Part shown: positions 18,978 through 29,466 of the stretch, in pieces | Numbering within the stretch: the first letter of the stretch is position 1 | Layout of the letters: every line of letters starts with the position of its first letter | Source of the DNA: an uncultured Bdellovibrionales bacterium | Lineage (GTDB): Bacteria > Patescibacteriota > Minisyncoccia > Moranbacterales > DUUL01 | Assembly: GCA_964458715.1 (NCBI GenBank) | Contig: CAYWJP010000001.1 | Span: 2,022 to 66,021, forward strand | Direction of reading: 5' to 3' | DNA: 64,000 nucleotides | The notes under the pieces: generated by a model | Told to the model about the DNA's origin: nothing | Database searches by the model: none | Seen by the model: the letters and a program-made list of their open reading frames with translations, nothing else | Program-made: the position numbers and the translations under genes

Positions 18978-19600
18978 AAACTCGATCTTGAAAGATACAA
19001 AACTTTTCTATCGATAAAATATTCTTCCGAAAAATACTTTCCAATTTTATATTCCACTACTTTTTCTAAAATATTTTTATCTTTAATGTTGGCCGTTTCG
19101 CCAAAATACAAAATTCCATTTTCCAATTCATGCCGGCTTTCTTTACGCAGATTTTTTCGAACTAATCCCGCAAATTTATCCAAAGAACAAACCGAGCGAC
19201 CAACCACAAAATCGAATTGACCCTCTAATTCTTCTCCTCGAAGATTTCTAGTTCCGACATTAGTTAGCTCTAGTCCTTTGACAATCTCTTCAATTACTTT
19301 AATTTTCTTTCCGATTGAATCGACTAAACTAAATTTCACTTTTGGAAAAAGAATCGCCAAAGGAATTCCGGGAAATCCTCCACCAGTTCCCAAATCCAGA
19401 ACGGTTGTCTCGGGTTTAAAATCAATAATTTTAGCAATTGCCAAAGCATTCAGGATGTGTCGTTCATAGAGATTTTCGATGTCCTTTCGGGAGATCAAAT
19501 TTACTTTCTCATTCCATTCGGCATAAAGTTTCCCGGCTTTTTCAAATTGCTCTTTTTGCTTTTCCGTCAAGTCGGGAAAATACTTTAAAATTAAATCCAT
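18974..19600 (-). CDS. rsmG: 16S rRNA (guanine527-N7)-methyltransferase RsmG
   Basis: SAM-binding VLDLGTGGGFPGIPLAI, GidB-like length. Confidence 0.8.
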   Translation of the reverse strand: MDLILKYFPDLTEKQKEQFEKAGKLYAEWNEKVNLISRKDIENLYERHILNALAIAKIIDFKPETTVLDLGTGGGFPGIPLAILFPKVKFSLVDSIGKKIKVIEEIVKGLELTNVGTRNLRGEELEGQFDFVVGRSVCSLDKFAGLVRKNLRKESRHELENGILYFGETANIKDKNILEKVVEYKIGKYFSEEYFIDRKVLYLSRSSL

Positions 19601-19714
19601 ATTTAAGTTAGTTTACAATTTACAATTTTCCTCACCGCGGCGAGTCATTCAATTTTAAAATGATTTAATTTTCAATGACTCCAGACTTTACGAACTTTCT
19701 AACTTTCCAACTTT

Positions 19715-21151
19715 CTACTTCCGTGGCTTCATCAAAGGAAATATTTGACACTCCCTGGCAGTTTTATTCATCAAAAAAGAAAATACCCGTTCACTCATCC
19801 CAAACCCACAGGTAGGAGGCATACCATACTCCAGGGCCTCAACAAAATCTCGGTCATGCATTTGAGCTTCGTCATCTCCAGCATCTCGCATTTTTTGCTG
19901 CTCTTCAAATCTCTCGGCTTGATCAATCGGATCATTTAATTCAGAATAACCATTTCCCAATTCACTACCAGCTATTAAAACATGGAATCTTTCCACTAAA
20001 TTAGGATTGTCTTTTTTCTTTTTAGCTAAAGGAGAAACCTCTAGTGGTTCATTAACCAAGAATCCTGGCCCAGCAATTTGCTTTCGACAATATTTCCAAA
20101 GATTATCTACGGCTCGCGCTCGATTTAAATCTTTTTCATATTTAACTCCTAATTCCTCAAGCTTAGCTTCGATTTCTTTTATATCGGCCGTAACAATATC
20201 TACTCCTGTTTTTTCTTTAATAGTCTCAGCATAGTCATACTGTTTCCACTCAGCGCCTAAATCCACTTCAAAATCTCTAATTTTAAACTTCAAAGTTCCA
20301 AAAGTCTCTTTAGCCACATATTGATAAAGCTCTTTCACCAATTCCATTCCTTTTTCATAATTAGCATAAGCCCAATAAAATTCCATCTGAGTATAATCTT
20401 GGAGATGTTCATAATCCATTCCCTCATTTCGAAATTGTCGACCAATTTCAAAAGTTTTTTCAAGTCCAGCCACCATCAATCTTTTTTGCCAAAGCTCTCC
20501 CATCGAAATTCGAAGATAAACATCCATATCCAAAGCTTTATGATGAGTAGCAAAAGGATCAGCATCCGCTCCACCCGGAGTAGTTTCTAATACTGGAGTC
20601 TCCACTTCAATAAATTTTCTTTTCTTCAAAAAATCTCGAGTAGCATTCCAAAATTTGTCCTTCTTAATTATCATCTCTCGAACGTCATCATTAAAAAGAA
20701 TATCCAAATATCTTTTTCGGAATTTTTCCTCTTCATCTTGCAAGGCCTTGTGTTTATCTGGCAATGGCAAAATTGATTTAGAAAGTAGAGTTATTTTTTT
20801 AATCAAAATCGACTTCTCTTCCTTTTTAGTATCGAATCTTTCTCCCTCCACTCCAACAAAATCTCCAATGTCTAAATTTTTGACCCAAAATTTATAATCT
20901 CCGTCAAATTCTTTTTTATTGAAAACCACCTGAATTCTTCCACAAACATCTTGAATATGAAGAAAAGCGATGTTTCCCATGTCTCGAAACAACATAATTC
21001 TTCCAGCAATTTTGGCCGATTCTCCAAATTCCTTTTTTAAAACATCTTTAGAGCATTCTTTTTCGAATGGCCCCGCTGGATAAGGATCAATTCCGGTTTC
21101 CACAAAATTCTGTAATTTTTTAATTTTTTCTTGTTTTATATCTTCAAGCAT
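19715..21151 (-). CDS. lysS: Lysyl-tRNA synthetase (class II)
   Basis: N-terminal OB anticodon-binding domain and class II motifs (FRNEGMDYEHLQDYTQMEFYWAY; GFGMSERVFSFLM). Confidence 0.9.
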   Translation of the reverse strand: MLEDIKQEKIKKLQNFVETGIDPYPAGPFEKECSKDVLKKEFGESAKIAGRIMLFRDMGNIAFLHIQDVCGRIQVVFNKKEFDGDYKFWVKNLDIGDFVGVEGERFDTKKEEKSILIKKITLLSKSILPLPDKHKALQDEEEKFRKRYLDILFNDDVREMIIKKDKFWNATRDFLKKRKFIEVETPVLETTPGGADADPFATHHKALDMDVYLRISMGELWQKRLMVAGLEKTFEIGRQFRNEGMDYEHLQDYTQMEFYWAYANYEKGMELVKELYQYVAKETFGTLKFKIRDFEVDLGAEWKQYDYAETIKEKTGVDIVTADIKEIEAKLEELGVKYEKDLNRARAVDNLWKYCRKQIAGPGFLVNEPLEVSPLAKKKKDNPNLVERFHVLIAGSELGNGYSELNDPIDQAERFEEQQKMRDAGDDEAQMHDRDFVEALEYGMPPTCGFGMSERVFSFLMNKTARECQIFPLMKPRK

Positions 21152-21298
21152 TTTCTTGTTTACAAGTTAATAGTATTTTGGTTACGATAAAGGCATTGTA
21201 ACAAATGAATAGGCCTAAGTCTAGATAATACAATTTTATAAATTATTTTAACTTATATCTTTAAATTCTTCTCGACTTCCTTGATTTTTAATAATAAT

Positions 21299-21829
21299 TT
21301 AGAATTTTTTTAATTTCCAAAAATAACCTCTCCTCTCCATAAAATAATCAATTAATAAGCCATTTAAAATTGAAAATAATATTATATATACAGAAAGTAT
21401 TAAAGTAAATATTGGACCGAAATAATAAATGGTTATTGGTAAAAAGGGTATTTTAACATTTCGATTATAAAGAAAAACTGCTATTAAAGACTCTTTCATT
21501 CCTTTTTCTTTTAAGTCTTTAAGAAGCGGAAATAAAAGATAGGGTGGACCTGAAACCAATATTCCAAAAATAATTGAATAAAATAATCCTTTTTTTCCAG
21601 AGTTTTCTCCTAAATATCTAACAACTTTATTAATTTTAAAATATCTATTAACCAAAAAAGTTATCAATAAAATTAATAAAAAAATCGGAAATATTTTTAT
21701 CAGAACTGTTATGGTGTTTTGAATTCCAGTCCTAGCAAAATTTGCATTAAAAAAACTAACGACTAAATAAACTGCCGAAACTATTAATAAAAACTTATAG
21801 CTATTTTTTATTTTTGCAAAAGAAATCAT
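21299..21829 (-). CDS. Integral membrane protein, putative permease subunit
   Basis: 176 aa, 5-6 TM helices. Overlaps the upstream membrane gene by 4 nt (ATGA). Confidence 0.4.
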   Translation of the reverse strand: MISFAKIKNSYKFLLIVSAVYLVVSFFNANFARTGIQNTITVLIKIFPIFLLILLITFLVNRYFKINKVVRYLGENSGKKGLFYSIIFGILVSGPPYLLFPLLKDLKEKGMKESLIAVFLYNRNVKIPFLPITIYYFGPIFTLILSVYIILFSILNGLLIDYFMERRGYFWKLKKF

Positions 21830-22248
21830 AAAGAATCAATAAAATTTAAAGTACCAACCGTTAAAATAGCAATAATAATAGCAAAAAAGAAGCATATCAA
21901 ATTTCTTACAATGGCAAATTTCTTGCCTAAATTAAAAATCTCCAAAGGTAGCATAGCCACTCCAACCGTTGACCAAGCCAAAATAAAAGCAGTAACTGCT
22001 ATCAAACTAACTCCCTGATTCATTAATTCTCCGCCCACGATAAAACTAGTAATTGGTATTCCGAAAGAAACACTTCCAGCTAAAGCTCCTGCTAGAGGAT
22101 CTAAAAATAAATTTCCAGTAAAAATAGTTGGCGCATATTTTTCTAATACAGGACTAAGTAAATTAACCAATAACAAAATCCCTATCATTATTGGCAATGA
22201 GGTTTTAAGCGAATCAAAGGATTTTAAAAAAGCTTGCTTGGTATCCAT
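21826..22248 (-). CDS. Integral membrane protein, putative permease subunit
   Basis: 140 aa, 4 TM helices. Translationally coupled to the downstream membrane gene. Confidence 0.4.
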   Translation of the reverse strand: MDTKQAFLKSFDSLKTSLPIMIGILLLVNLLSPVLEKYAPTIFTGNLFLDPLAGALAGSVSFGIPITSFIVGGELMNQGVSLIAVTAFILAWSTVGVAMLPLEIFNLGKKFAIVRNLICFFFAIIIAILTVGTLNFIDSL

Positions 22249-22253
22249 ATTTT

Positions 22254-22826
22254 TTATATTTTTCTTAATTTCCTCGATTTTTTACGATAATCAGGAATTC
22301 GTTGAGCCACTAACGCCCAAAAATTTTGAGAATGATTCATCTCTTGCAAATGACAAAGTTCGTGAGCAATTAAATAATCCACTAAATCATCTGGCAAAAA
22401 CAAAATTCGATAATTAAAATTCAAATTATTCTGACTAGAACAACTTCCCCAGCGAGTTTTTTGATCACGAATAGCAATTTTATTAAGTGGAAAATTATAG
22501 AACTGATTTATTTCCTGCACTCGCTCTTTCACTAAAGCTCGAGCTCGTTCTTTATTTCTCAAATAATCGTTTCTGCTACCCCAACCCAAAAGATTGGAAA
22601 TTTTTTTAGATTTTAAGACTTCTAAATTTTTTAAAACCCAATCTTTGTTTTTTAAAAAAAACTTTTCCGCCTTTCTTTGGCTAACAAACCAAGGATGCGT
22701 TACTAAAAAATCATGATTGTTTTTCAGAGTAATTTTAATTCCCTTGGACTGTTTATTTTTTTTAAAAACACATTCAATTTGATGGCCCTCCAGTTCAATT
22801 TTTATTTTCATAAATCTTTTTAACAA
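22254..22826 (-). CDS. YgjP/DUF45-like metal-dependent hydrolase
   Basis: C-terminal HEXXH motif (IAHELCHLQEMNHS) characteristic of the YgjP family. Confidence 0.65.
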   Translation of the reverse strand: MLKRFMKIKIELEGHQIECVFKKNKQSKGIKITLKNNHDFLVTHPWFVSQRKAEKFFLKNKDWVLKNLEVLKSKKISNLLGWGSRNDYLRNKERARALVKERVQEINQFYNFPLNKIAIRDQKTRWGSCSSQNNLNFNYRILFLPDDLVDYLIAHELCHLQEMNHSQNFWALVAQRIPDYRKKSRKLRKI

Positions 22827-22883
22827 AAGAGCATGAAATCATGCTCAATTTAATTTTAATGTCTTTACTGACATAACACTAGT

Positions 22884-23669
22884 TTATTTATACAACCAAA
22901 ATAACAAAATTAAACCTGCTAAAATTAATCGATACCAAAAGAACCACTTATAGCTAACCTTTTCGACTAATTTTATCAAAACAGCGATGGCAACATAACC
23001 GCTAATAGCAGCCAACAAAATTCCTAATATCTGAATTATTCCTACTTTCATGGACAGAAAATCGTTTAATTTAAAAATCGCCGCTCCAAAAATAATCGGG
23101 GTTGCCATTAAAAAAGAAAATCGGGCCGCGCTCTTTCGAGTTAACCCCATTTTCAATCCAGCAGTAATAGTTATTCCAGAACGGGAAGTTCCGGGAATAA
23201 TAGCAATAGCCTGAGCGATTCCAATGTAAATAGCATCTTTAAGAGAAATATTTTTTTCATCTTTATTTTTTGATCCAATTTTATCAAAATAATATAGCCA
23301 AAATCCAAAGAAAACTAGAGCAAAGGCTATAATCAAAGGATTTCGAAGTGTTGTTTCAGCTAAATCATTCAAGAAAAAACCGGCCGAAGCCCCGGGAACA
23401 CTAGCTATAACTAAAATCCATAAAAAATTAGCTGGGTATAGGCCTTTCTTTTTAGTTAAAGCAGTTTGAAAAATATCCAGCCAATCTCGCCAAAAATAAG
23501 CGACCACTGCTAAAAGTGTTCCAAAATGCAAAGCTACATCCAAAGATAAACCTTGATATTCCCAATCAAAAAACCAAGGAATCGAAACCAAATGACCAGA
23601 AGAAGAAATTGGTAAAAATTCAGTTAAACCCTGAATTATTCCTAATAATGATAATTGAATAAAATCCAT
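22884..23669 (-). CDS. uppP: Undecaprenyl-diphosphatase
   Basis: GLTEFLPISSSGHL motif at the N-terminus, 8 TM helices. Confidence 0.85.
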   Translation of the reverse strand: MDFIQLSLLGIIQGLTEFLPISSSGHLVSIPWFFDWEYQGLSLDVALHFGTLLAVVAYFWRDWLDIFQTALTKKKGLYPANFLWILVIASVPGASAGFFLNDLAETTLRNPLIIAFALVFFGFWLYYFDKIGSKNKDEKNISLKDAIYIGIAQAIAIIPGTSRSGITITAGLKMGLTRKSAARFSFLMATPIIFGAAIFKLNDFLSMKVGIIQILGILLAAISGYVAIAVLIKLVEKVSYKWFFWYRLILAGLILLFWLYK

Positions 23670-23858
23670 TATTGTTTAATTTAAAATTAAATTAAAAAAT
23701 TTCAAAGCTCAAATTATTTCAAATTGTTCCAAATAAAATTCAAAATCTAAAATTCGAATGACAAAATTTAGATTTTGAAAATTTTAATTTTAATCATTGG
23801 CGCTTATTTGATATTTGTAATTTTAAATTTGTGATTTACTTATAAAAAACTTTGTTTT

Positions 23859-25181
23859 TTATAAGTCATCATATCCATCCTTCAAATTCTGAATCCCCGG
23901 CGCATAATTAGTCAAAGCATAACAAGACCAACCCAAATATTTCATCGCCGCATAATCTTCCCAATCAACCTTAATCTTCTCGTCTCTATCACAAGGATTT
24001 ATAATTCTAACTCTTCCATCTTCGGCTGCTCCATCTTCTTCTAATTTAAGTGCCATCGCCATCACTCCGTCAAACAAATCCCAAGGATCGGGCGGATTTT
24101 TACCAGTAGCGCTGGCGATTCTACTCTTCCAGCCAGCCCAGGTATCCGGCATAAATTGAGCCACTCCCATCGCCCCGCCAGTTCCAGAATAGCCGCTTGG
24201 GGGACAAGACACTTTTTTCTTTTTATAATTATAATCCAAATCTTTACAAATTTCTTTAAAATACTTCTTTCTCGTATCATTCATATTACTTTCCTTGTAA
24301 TAACAACCACCAGTATATCGCCCCAAACCAGATTCCATCGACAACATTCCGAATAAAAATCCTTTGCTAACTCCAGTTTTTTTATTGGCATATTTAATAG
24401 CATCTTTAATATCATCAGTATCATAACCTTCACCCAGCAAAGCCGACAACTCAGTTTTCAACTTAGAGATTTTACTTTTTACCTCACTAATTGACGACTT
24501 CGTTCTAGCTAAGACGGCTTGTTTTTGATTTTCTTGATAAACTAAGTGTTGTTTTTGTTCTTCTTGCGTTTCCAATGCTACTTCTTTTTCGTCCTTTTTT
24601 TCTTCAACTTTTACTTTTTCTTCAACTACTTCTTCTTTTTCTTTTTCGATAGCACTCAAAGCTTCTTTAATTTTAGACTGAAAGCCTTCAAAACTTTCCA
24701 CTTCTCTCAAATAATCTCCTAAATCGCGATTAAAATCAAAAGTAATCAAGCCGATTTCCAAGCTATTTCGTCGAAATAATCTCAGGTATTCAGCTAAAAT
24801 TTCTTGTTTAAATTTAATATTTTCTTCTTTGGTTTTTATTTTTTTCTCTTTCTCTTTAATTTCTGATTCATATTGTTCAATGGTTTGATTAGTTTTTTGA
24901 ATAACCGCTTGAGTACTTAAGATTGCTTGATCAACTACTTCTATTTCACTTTGAATTTTATTGGCATCTTTTTCTAAATCCTTTAATTCATCTTCCTGTT
25001 TATCAATGTCATCTTTTGTTTCTTCCACTTCATCAGCCGCCCGAACCAACGAAAACTGAACCATAAAAAAAACAATTAAAATCACTAATAAAAATTTAAA
25101 AAATAAAATCACACTGCCATCAACAGGTGTGATCTTATTTAAAACACTTTTTATTAAATTGTTTTTATTTGTTTTCTTCAT
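23859..25181 (-). CDS. Membrane-anchored coiled-coil protein with a C-terminal lytic transglycosylase (SLT) domain
   Basis: N-terminal TM helix, about 250 aa of E/K-rich coiled coil, then SLT motifs MESGLGRY (catalytic ES) and GAMGVAQFMPDTW. Confidence 0.55.
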   Translation of the reverse strand: MKKTNKNNLIKSVLNKITPVDGSVILFFKFLLVILIVFFMVQFSLVRAADEVEETKDDIDKQEDELKDLEKDANKIQSEIEVVDQAILSTQAVIQKTNQTIEQYESEIKEKEKKIKTKEENIKFKQEILAEYLRLFRRNSLEIGLITFDFNRDLGDYLREVESFEGFQSKIKEALSAIEKEKEEVVEEKVKVEEKKDEKEVALETQEEQKQHLVYQENQKQAVLARTKSSISEVKSKISKLKTELSALLGEGYDTDDIKDAIKYANKKTGVSKGFLFGMLSMESGLGRYTGGCYYKESNMNDTRKKYFKEICKDLDYNYKKKKVSCPPSGYSGTGGAMGVAQFMPDTWAGWKSRIASATGKNPPDPWDLFDGVMAMALKLEEDGAAEDGRVRIINPCDRDEKIKVDWEDYAAMKYLGWSCYALTNYAPGIQNLKDGYDDL

Positions 25182-25214
25182 CTATGCCTTTTAGAACTAT
25201 TTTAAATAGTTTCC

Positions 25215-25946
25215 TTATTCTTTTTTGTCGTTTTGACTAGCTGATTGATTTTTTTCTTCATTTTTATTATTACTCTTCTCATCTTCATTTTTTTCTTCTC
25301 CTCCTCCTTCTTCTTCAGTTTTTTCGCCTTTTTCTACCTCAATTTTGTCAACATCCATTTCAACTTTTTCGTCTAATTTTTCTAATTCTTCTTCTGAACG
25401 AGCCATATCAAGAGAAGCTACTGAAATTTCTGGATTAGTGATTACTTCGATAGTAGCCGGAATTTTTAAATCTTTAACATAAATACAATCCTCCATAGTT
25501 TTTAGTTCTCCTAAATCAACCTCAATTGATCCAATTAAATCTCGAGGGAAACATCGAACATCCAAAGAATCTTGACCCTTAATTAAGATACCGCCCAATT
25601 CTTTAACCGCTGGAGATTCTCCAATGAAATTAAGTTCAATTTCAGTATCAATTTTTTCTCCCATTTTAACTTTATAAAAATCGATGTGTTTTAAAGCTTC
25701 AGTTAAACTATCGTATTGAATTTCATTAAATAGCACTGAATAATCCTGATCATCTCCTTCAATTTTAAAATCCACCAAAGTACTTCCGCCCGCTTCTTTG
25801 TGAACTTTTTTAAATTCTTGTCTTAAAACCCAAACTGATTTACTCTCTTTCATTTCCGGACCATATATAACTCCCTTTACCCAAAGACTAAGGTCTCTTT
25901 TCTCTTTTTCAGCTCTAGGCTTAGCATTTAAAATTATTTTTTTCAT
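25215..25946 (-). CDS. rplY: 50S ribosomal protein L25 / general stress protein Ctc, with an acidic C-terminal tail
   Basis: L25 N-terminal beta-barrel (LNAKPRAEKEKRDLSLWVKGVIYG) and Ctc-like extension. Confidence 0.7.
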   Translation of the reverse strand: MKKIILNAKPRAEKEKRDLSLWVKGVIYGPEMKESKSVWVLRQEFKKVHKEAGGSTLVDFKIEGDDQDYSVLFNEIQYDSLTEALKHIDFYKVKMGEKIDTEIELNFIGESPAVKELGGILIKGQDSLDVRCFPRDLIGSIEVDLGELKTMEDCIYVKDLKIPATIEVITNPEISVASLDMARSEEELEKLDEKVEMDVDKIEVEKGEKTEEEGGGEEKNEDEKSNNKNEEKNQSASQNDKKE

Positions 25947-25986
25947 TTCTGATTATTTAATTATTGTAAAATTAACCACTCAATAT

Positions 25987-26130
25987 TAGAAATTTATTAT
26001 TTGAGCAAAGTTCAAGGAAAAACCGAGCAATGCAACGCAATTTACTAAATTGGTAAATGAAGTAAATCGTGGAGGTGGCGCCTGCCCGCCTTTGGCGGGA
26101 CAAAGAAATTTGCCAAATAATAAATTTCTA
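25987..26130 (+). repeat. Family-1 structured intergenic repeat, copy B (with an internal insertion)
   Basis: 22-23 bp outer stem TAGAAATTTATTATTTGAGCAAA/TTTGCCAAATAATAAATTTCTA. Core TTTGAGCAAAGTTCAAGG…GACAAAGAAATTTGCCAAAT. Its terminal CTA is the complement of the upstream gene's TAG stop. Confidence 0.7.
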
Positions 26131-26445
26131 GCCTTCATACAAGTCTAAGACTTCGTCAAACGAAATAGGATCCCTTTTAAAAACATTACAAGCTTCCTCA
26201 TAGTCTAAGTCAGTTAAAATCCCCAAAGTAACGATATTATCATTATTTTGAAGACCTTTGCTAATAACTGCCAAAGAAGCACTGCGACAAAAATTACAGT
26301 TAACATGAACTAACATTGCATCTTTCTTGTTTTGAACAATTTTAATACTCTGTTTGCCGTATTTTCTACCGCAAATAGAACACTTCATCAAAAGATTAAC
26401 TTCATTCATAAGCTTGATATTAACAATTATTCCCCCTTTAGTCAA
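26128..26445 (-). CDS. Hypothetical Cys-rich (zinc-ribbon-like) protein
   Basis: CSICGRKYGK ... HVNCNFC pairs. The stop codon is part of the terminal stem of a family-1 repeat. Confidence 0.35.
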   Translation of the reverse strand: MTKGGIIVNIKLMNEVNLLMKCSICGRKYGKQSIKIVQNKKDAMLVHVNCNFCRSASLAVISKGLQNNDNIVTLGILTDLDYEEACNVFKRDPISFDEVLDLYEG

Positions 26446-26602
26446 TGGATAAGTTCGTAAAGTTAGAAAGTCTATAAAGTCAAAAAGAGTTCTTTCTTAA
26501 CAACAGATTTACGATCTATCTATAGCATATTAATAAATTAAATCAACTTTTCATTTTTCAAACCCTGTAAAATTTATGGGCTTTACAGACTTTATAAACT
26601 TT

Positions 26603-27715
26603 CTAACTAAGTTCCATTATCTTTTCCGCTAGAATTTCGGCTGACTTAGGATAGTAAAATTTTTCAATATTTTGGGCTAAAACAAATCTGTAATCACGAC
26701 TGTTGGTAATTTTATCTAAATAATGCATCAACATATTGGGATTAAAATTTCCTTCTTCTAGCACGATAGCAGCTTTTTCTCGAGATAACTCAAAAGCGTT
26801 CATTCGTTGATGGTCATTAGCGCTTCTACTTATTGGCACCAAAATAGTAGCCTTTCTATTAGCAGCTAACTCTGCGATAAAAGTAGCTCCTGCTCGAGAA
26901 ACTACCACATCTGCTAAAGCTAAAATATTACCCAACTCTTTTCCAATAAAAGGTAACGGATAATAATCGCTATGACCAATCTTGTAGCCTTTCTTTTGGG
27001 CTTGATTTTTAATTATTTCAAAATGACTCGCTCCTGTTTGATGAATAACTTGGAATTTTTTAGTCAACTCATTAATAGCATTAATCACTATTTCGTTGAT
27101 AGCAAAAGCTCCTTGAGAACCTCCCAAAAATAAAACTGTCGGCTTCACTTCCTTTTTCATACCTAAAAACTCCCGCGCTCGATTTTTATCGCCACCAATT
27201 GACTCTTCTTTCACCGGAATTCCAGCAAAAAAAACTTTTCTATCTGGGAAATAACGCTTAGCTTTTTCAAAATTAATTCCAATGACGTTAGCTAGTGACC
27301 CTAAAAATTTATTAGCAATTCCAGGAACAGCATCAGATTCATGTATTACGACTGGAATTCGATAAAATTTTGCTGCTATAACTACTGGAACTGAAGCAAA
27401 ACCACCTTTGGCAAAAATCACATCCGGCATAAAAAGCAATAAATGCCATAAAGACTGAAAAAACCCGATTGGCATTTTTATAAAATCACCAAAATATTTC
27501 AAAGAAAAATATCTTCTTAACTTACCACAAATAATAACTTTTGAAGGAATATCATTTTCCGCCATTATCTTTCCGTCAAAATCTCCCTTGGGTCCAATAA
27601 AGAGAAATTCAAAATTGCTTTCCCCATAATTTTTTTTCAAATATTTGACGACTGTTACTAATGGGAAAATATGCCCACCCGAACCACCACCACACAAAAC
27701 AACTCTTTTCGCCAT
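26603..27715 (-). CDS. murG: UDP-GlcNAc:MurNAc-pentapeptide-undecaprenol GlcNAc transferase
   Basis: N-terminal G-loop VLCGGGSGGHIFPL and GT28 C-terminal domain. Confidence 0.85.
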   Translation of the reverse strand: MAKRVVLCGGGSGGHIFPLVTVVKYLKKNYGESNFEFLFIGPKGDFDGKIMAENDIPSKVIICGKLRRYFSLKYFGDFIKMPIGFFQSLWHLLLFMPDVIFAKGGFASVPVVIAAKFYRIPVVIHESDAVPGIANKFLGSLANVIGINFEKAKRYFPDRKVFFAGIPVKEESIGGDKNRAREFLGMKKEVKPTVLFLGGSQGAFAINEIVINAINELTKKFQVIHQTGASHFEIIKNQAQKKGYKIGHSDYYPLPFIGKELGNILALADVVVSRAGATFIAELAANRKATILVPISRSANDHQRMNAFELSREKAAIVLEEGNFNPNMLMHYLDKITNSRDYRFVLAQNIEKFYYPKSAEILAEKIMELS

Positions 27716-27798
27716 TTAATTAAATTATTTTTAATTTATTCATCTACTTCTTTTAAATTTTAGCACTTACTCACAAATCTCGCAAACCCTTTCTTCCG

Positions 27799-27852
27799 AA
27801 AATTTTGAATTTTGAATTTTGAATTTCGATTCAATTTTCAATGATTTAATTC
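27799..27852. repeat. AT-rich heptamer-repeat module (opposite orientation) upstream of murG
   Basis: AAAATTTTGAATTTTGAATTTTGAATTTCGATTCAATTTTCAATGATTTAATTC is the reverse complement of the dcw-type module. Confidence 0.55.
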
Positions 27853-28147
27853 CCGCCTACTCGCCTCGATTCGACGAAGCGGGCCTGCAGGCAGATTCAA
27901 TGACCTAATTTTTTAAAATCATCTTTAAGCGACGTTTGTCATTAAATGGTGAATAAGAAAATTCTTCAAAAATAGTTTTTTTCTCAACAAAACGGTCTAA
28001 TGAGTTATCCACCCTGTATAAATAGCACTTCGTAATTTAACAGGGTAAAGAATATCTCCGCTAAAGGCGGACACAGTTTTGCACCCTAAAAACAATAAAA
28101 TAACCCCTTTCGAGGTTATTTTTGAATTTATATATAAAACACGTGGA

Positions 28148-28260
28148 CTTGGGAGGTTGAGTACAATTCGAGGAGAAGTTGAGTACCGAGCGAGATGGAC
28201 TTAATGGTCCATTGAGCGAGTAACGGAAACTTCGACAAAGAAATCTACCAAACTCTCAAG
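28148..28260 (+). repeat. Family-1 structured intergenic repeat, copy C
   Basis: Core TTGAGTACAATTCGAGG…GAGCGAGATG-GGAC..GTCC hairpin…CGACAAAGAAATCTACCAAAC. Imperfect outer stem. Ends 12 nt before the tuf stop. Confidence 0.65.
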
Positions 28261-28272
28261 TCTTAAATAGTT

Positions 28273-29466
28273 TTATTTGGTAATTTTAGTAAGAACACCA
28301 GCTCCTACGGTTTTGCCTCCTTCTCTAATAGCAAATCTCATTCCATCTTCCATTGCCACCGGAGCTCCTAATTTAATGTTCAAACTAACGGTATCCCCAG
28401 GCATTACCATCTCCACTCCTTCTGGCAAAATAACTTCACCAGTTACATCAGTAGTTCGAATGTAAAATTGAGGTTTATACCCTTTAAAGAAAGGAGTATG
28501 TCGTCCGCCTTCTTCTTTAGTCAAAATATAAACTTCACCTTCGAATTCGGTGTGAGGAGTAATACTTCCTGTTTTAGCTAAAACTTGACCTCGTTCAATT
28601 TCTTCTTTTTTGGTTCCTCGAAGAAGAATTCCGGCATTATCTCCGGCTTCACCTCGATCTAATGTTTTATTAAACATTTCGATTCCAGTAACGACTGATT
28701 TAGCGGTTGCTTTAATTCCAATAATTTCGATTTCATCTCCAACATTAACAACTCCTCGTTCGATTCGTCCAGTAACTACAGTTCCTCGACCTTCAATTGA
28801 GAAAATATCTTCGATTGGCAATAAAAATGGTTTATCAACATCCCTTTTTGGTTCTGGAATATTTTCATCAAGAGCATCCATTAATTCCATAATTGGTTTA
28901 ATGGCCTCATCATCTTTACTGGTAGCTTCTAAAGCTTTCAAGGCTGAACCTTTAATAACAATAGCATTTTCACCATCATATTTATATTGAGTAAGAAGTT
29001 CTCGAACTTCTTCTTCTACTAAATCAATCAGTTCCTCGTCATCAACCATATCAACTTTATTCAAGAAAACTACAATTTGAGGGACACCTACTTGGTAAGC
29101 CAATAAAATGTGCTCTCGAGTTTGTGGCATAGGACCATCAGTAGCAGAAACCACTAAAACAGCTCCGTCCATTTGAGCAGCGCCAGTGATCATATTTTTA
29201 ATATAATCAGCATGTCCTGGACAATCAACGTGAGCATAATGTCGCTTATCAGTTTCGTACTCAACATGAGCAGTCGCAATTGTAATTCCTCGTTCTCTTT
29301 CTTCTGGAGCTTTATCAATCTCTCCTACAGATTTACTTGAAGCCATTTTTCCCATTAAAGTCATGGAATGTAAAATAGCCGCCGTTAAAGTAGTTTTACC
29401 ATGATCAACATGACCAATAGTTCCTACATTTACATGGGTTTTACCCCGTTCAAATTTTTCACTCAT
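28273..29466 (-). CDS. tuf: Elongation factor Tu
   Basis: [19 protein letters not shown] GTPase motifs, 397 aa. Confidence 0.97.
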   Translation of the reverse strand: MSEKFERGKTHVNVGTIGHVDHGKTTLTAAILHSMTLMGKMASSKSVGEIDKAPEERERGITIATAHVEYETDKRHYAHVDCPGHADYIKNMITGAAQMDGAVLVVSATDGPMPQTREHILLAYQVGVPQIVVFLNKVDMVDDEELIDLVEEEVRELLTQYKYDGENAIVIKGSALKALEATSKDDEAIKPIMELMDALDENIPEPKRDVDKPFLLPIEDIFSIEGRGTVVTGRIERGVVNVGDEIEIIGIKATAKSVVTGIEMFNKTLDRGEAGDNAGILLRGTKKEEIERGQVLAKTGSITPHTEFEGEVYILTKEEGGRHTPFFKGYKPQFYIRTTDVTGEVILPEGVEMVMPGDTVSLNIKLGAPVAMEDGMRFAIREGGKTVGAGVLTKITK

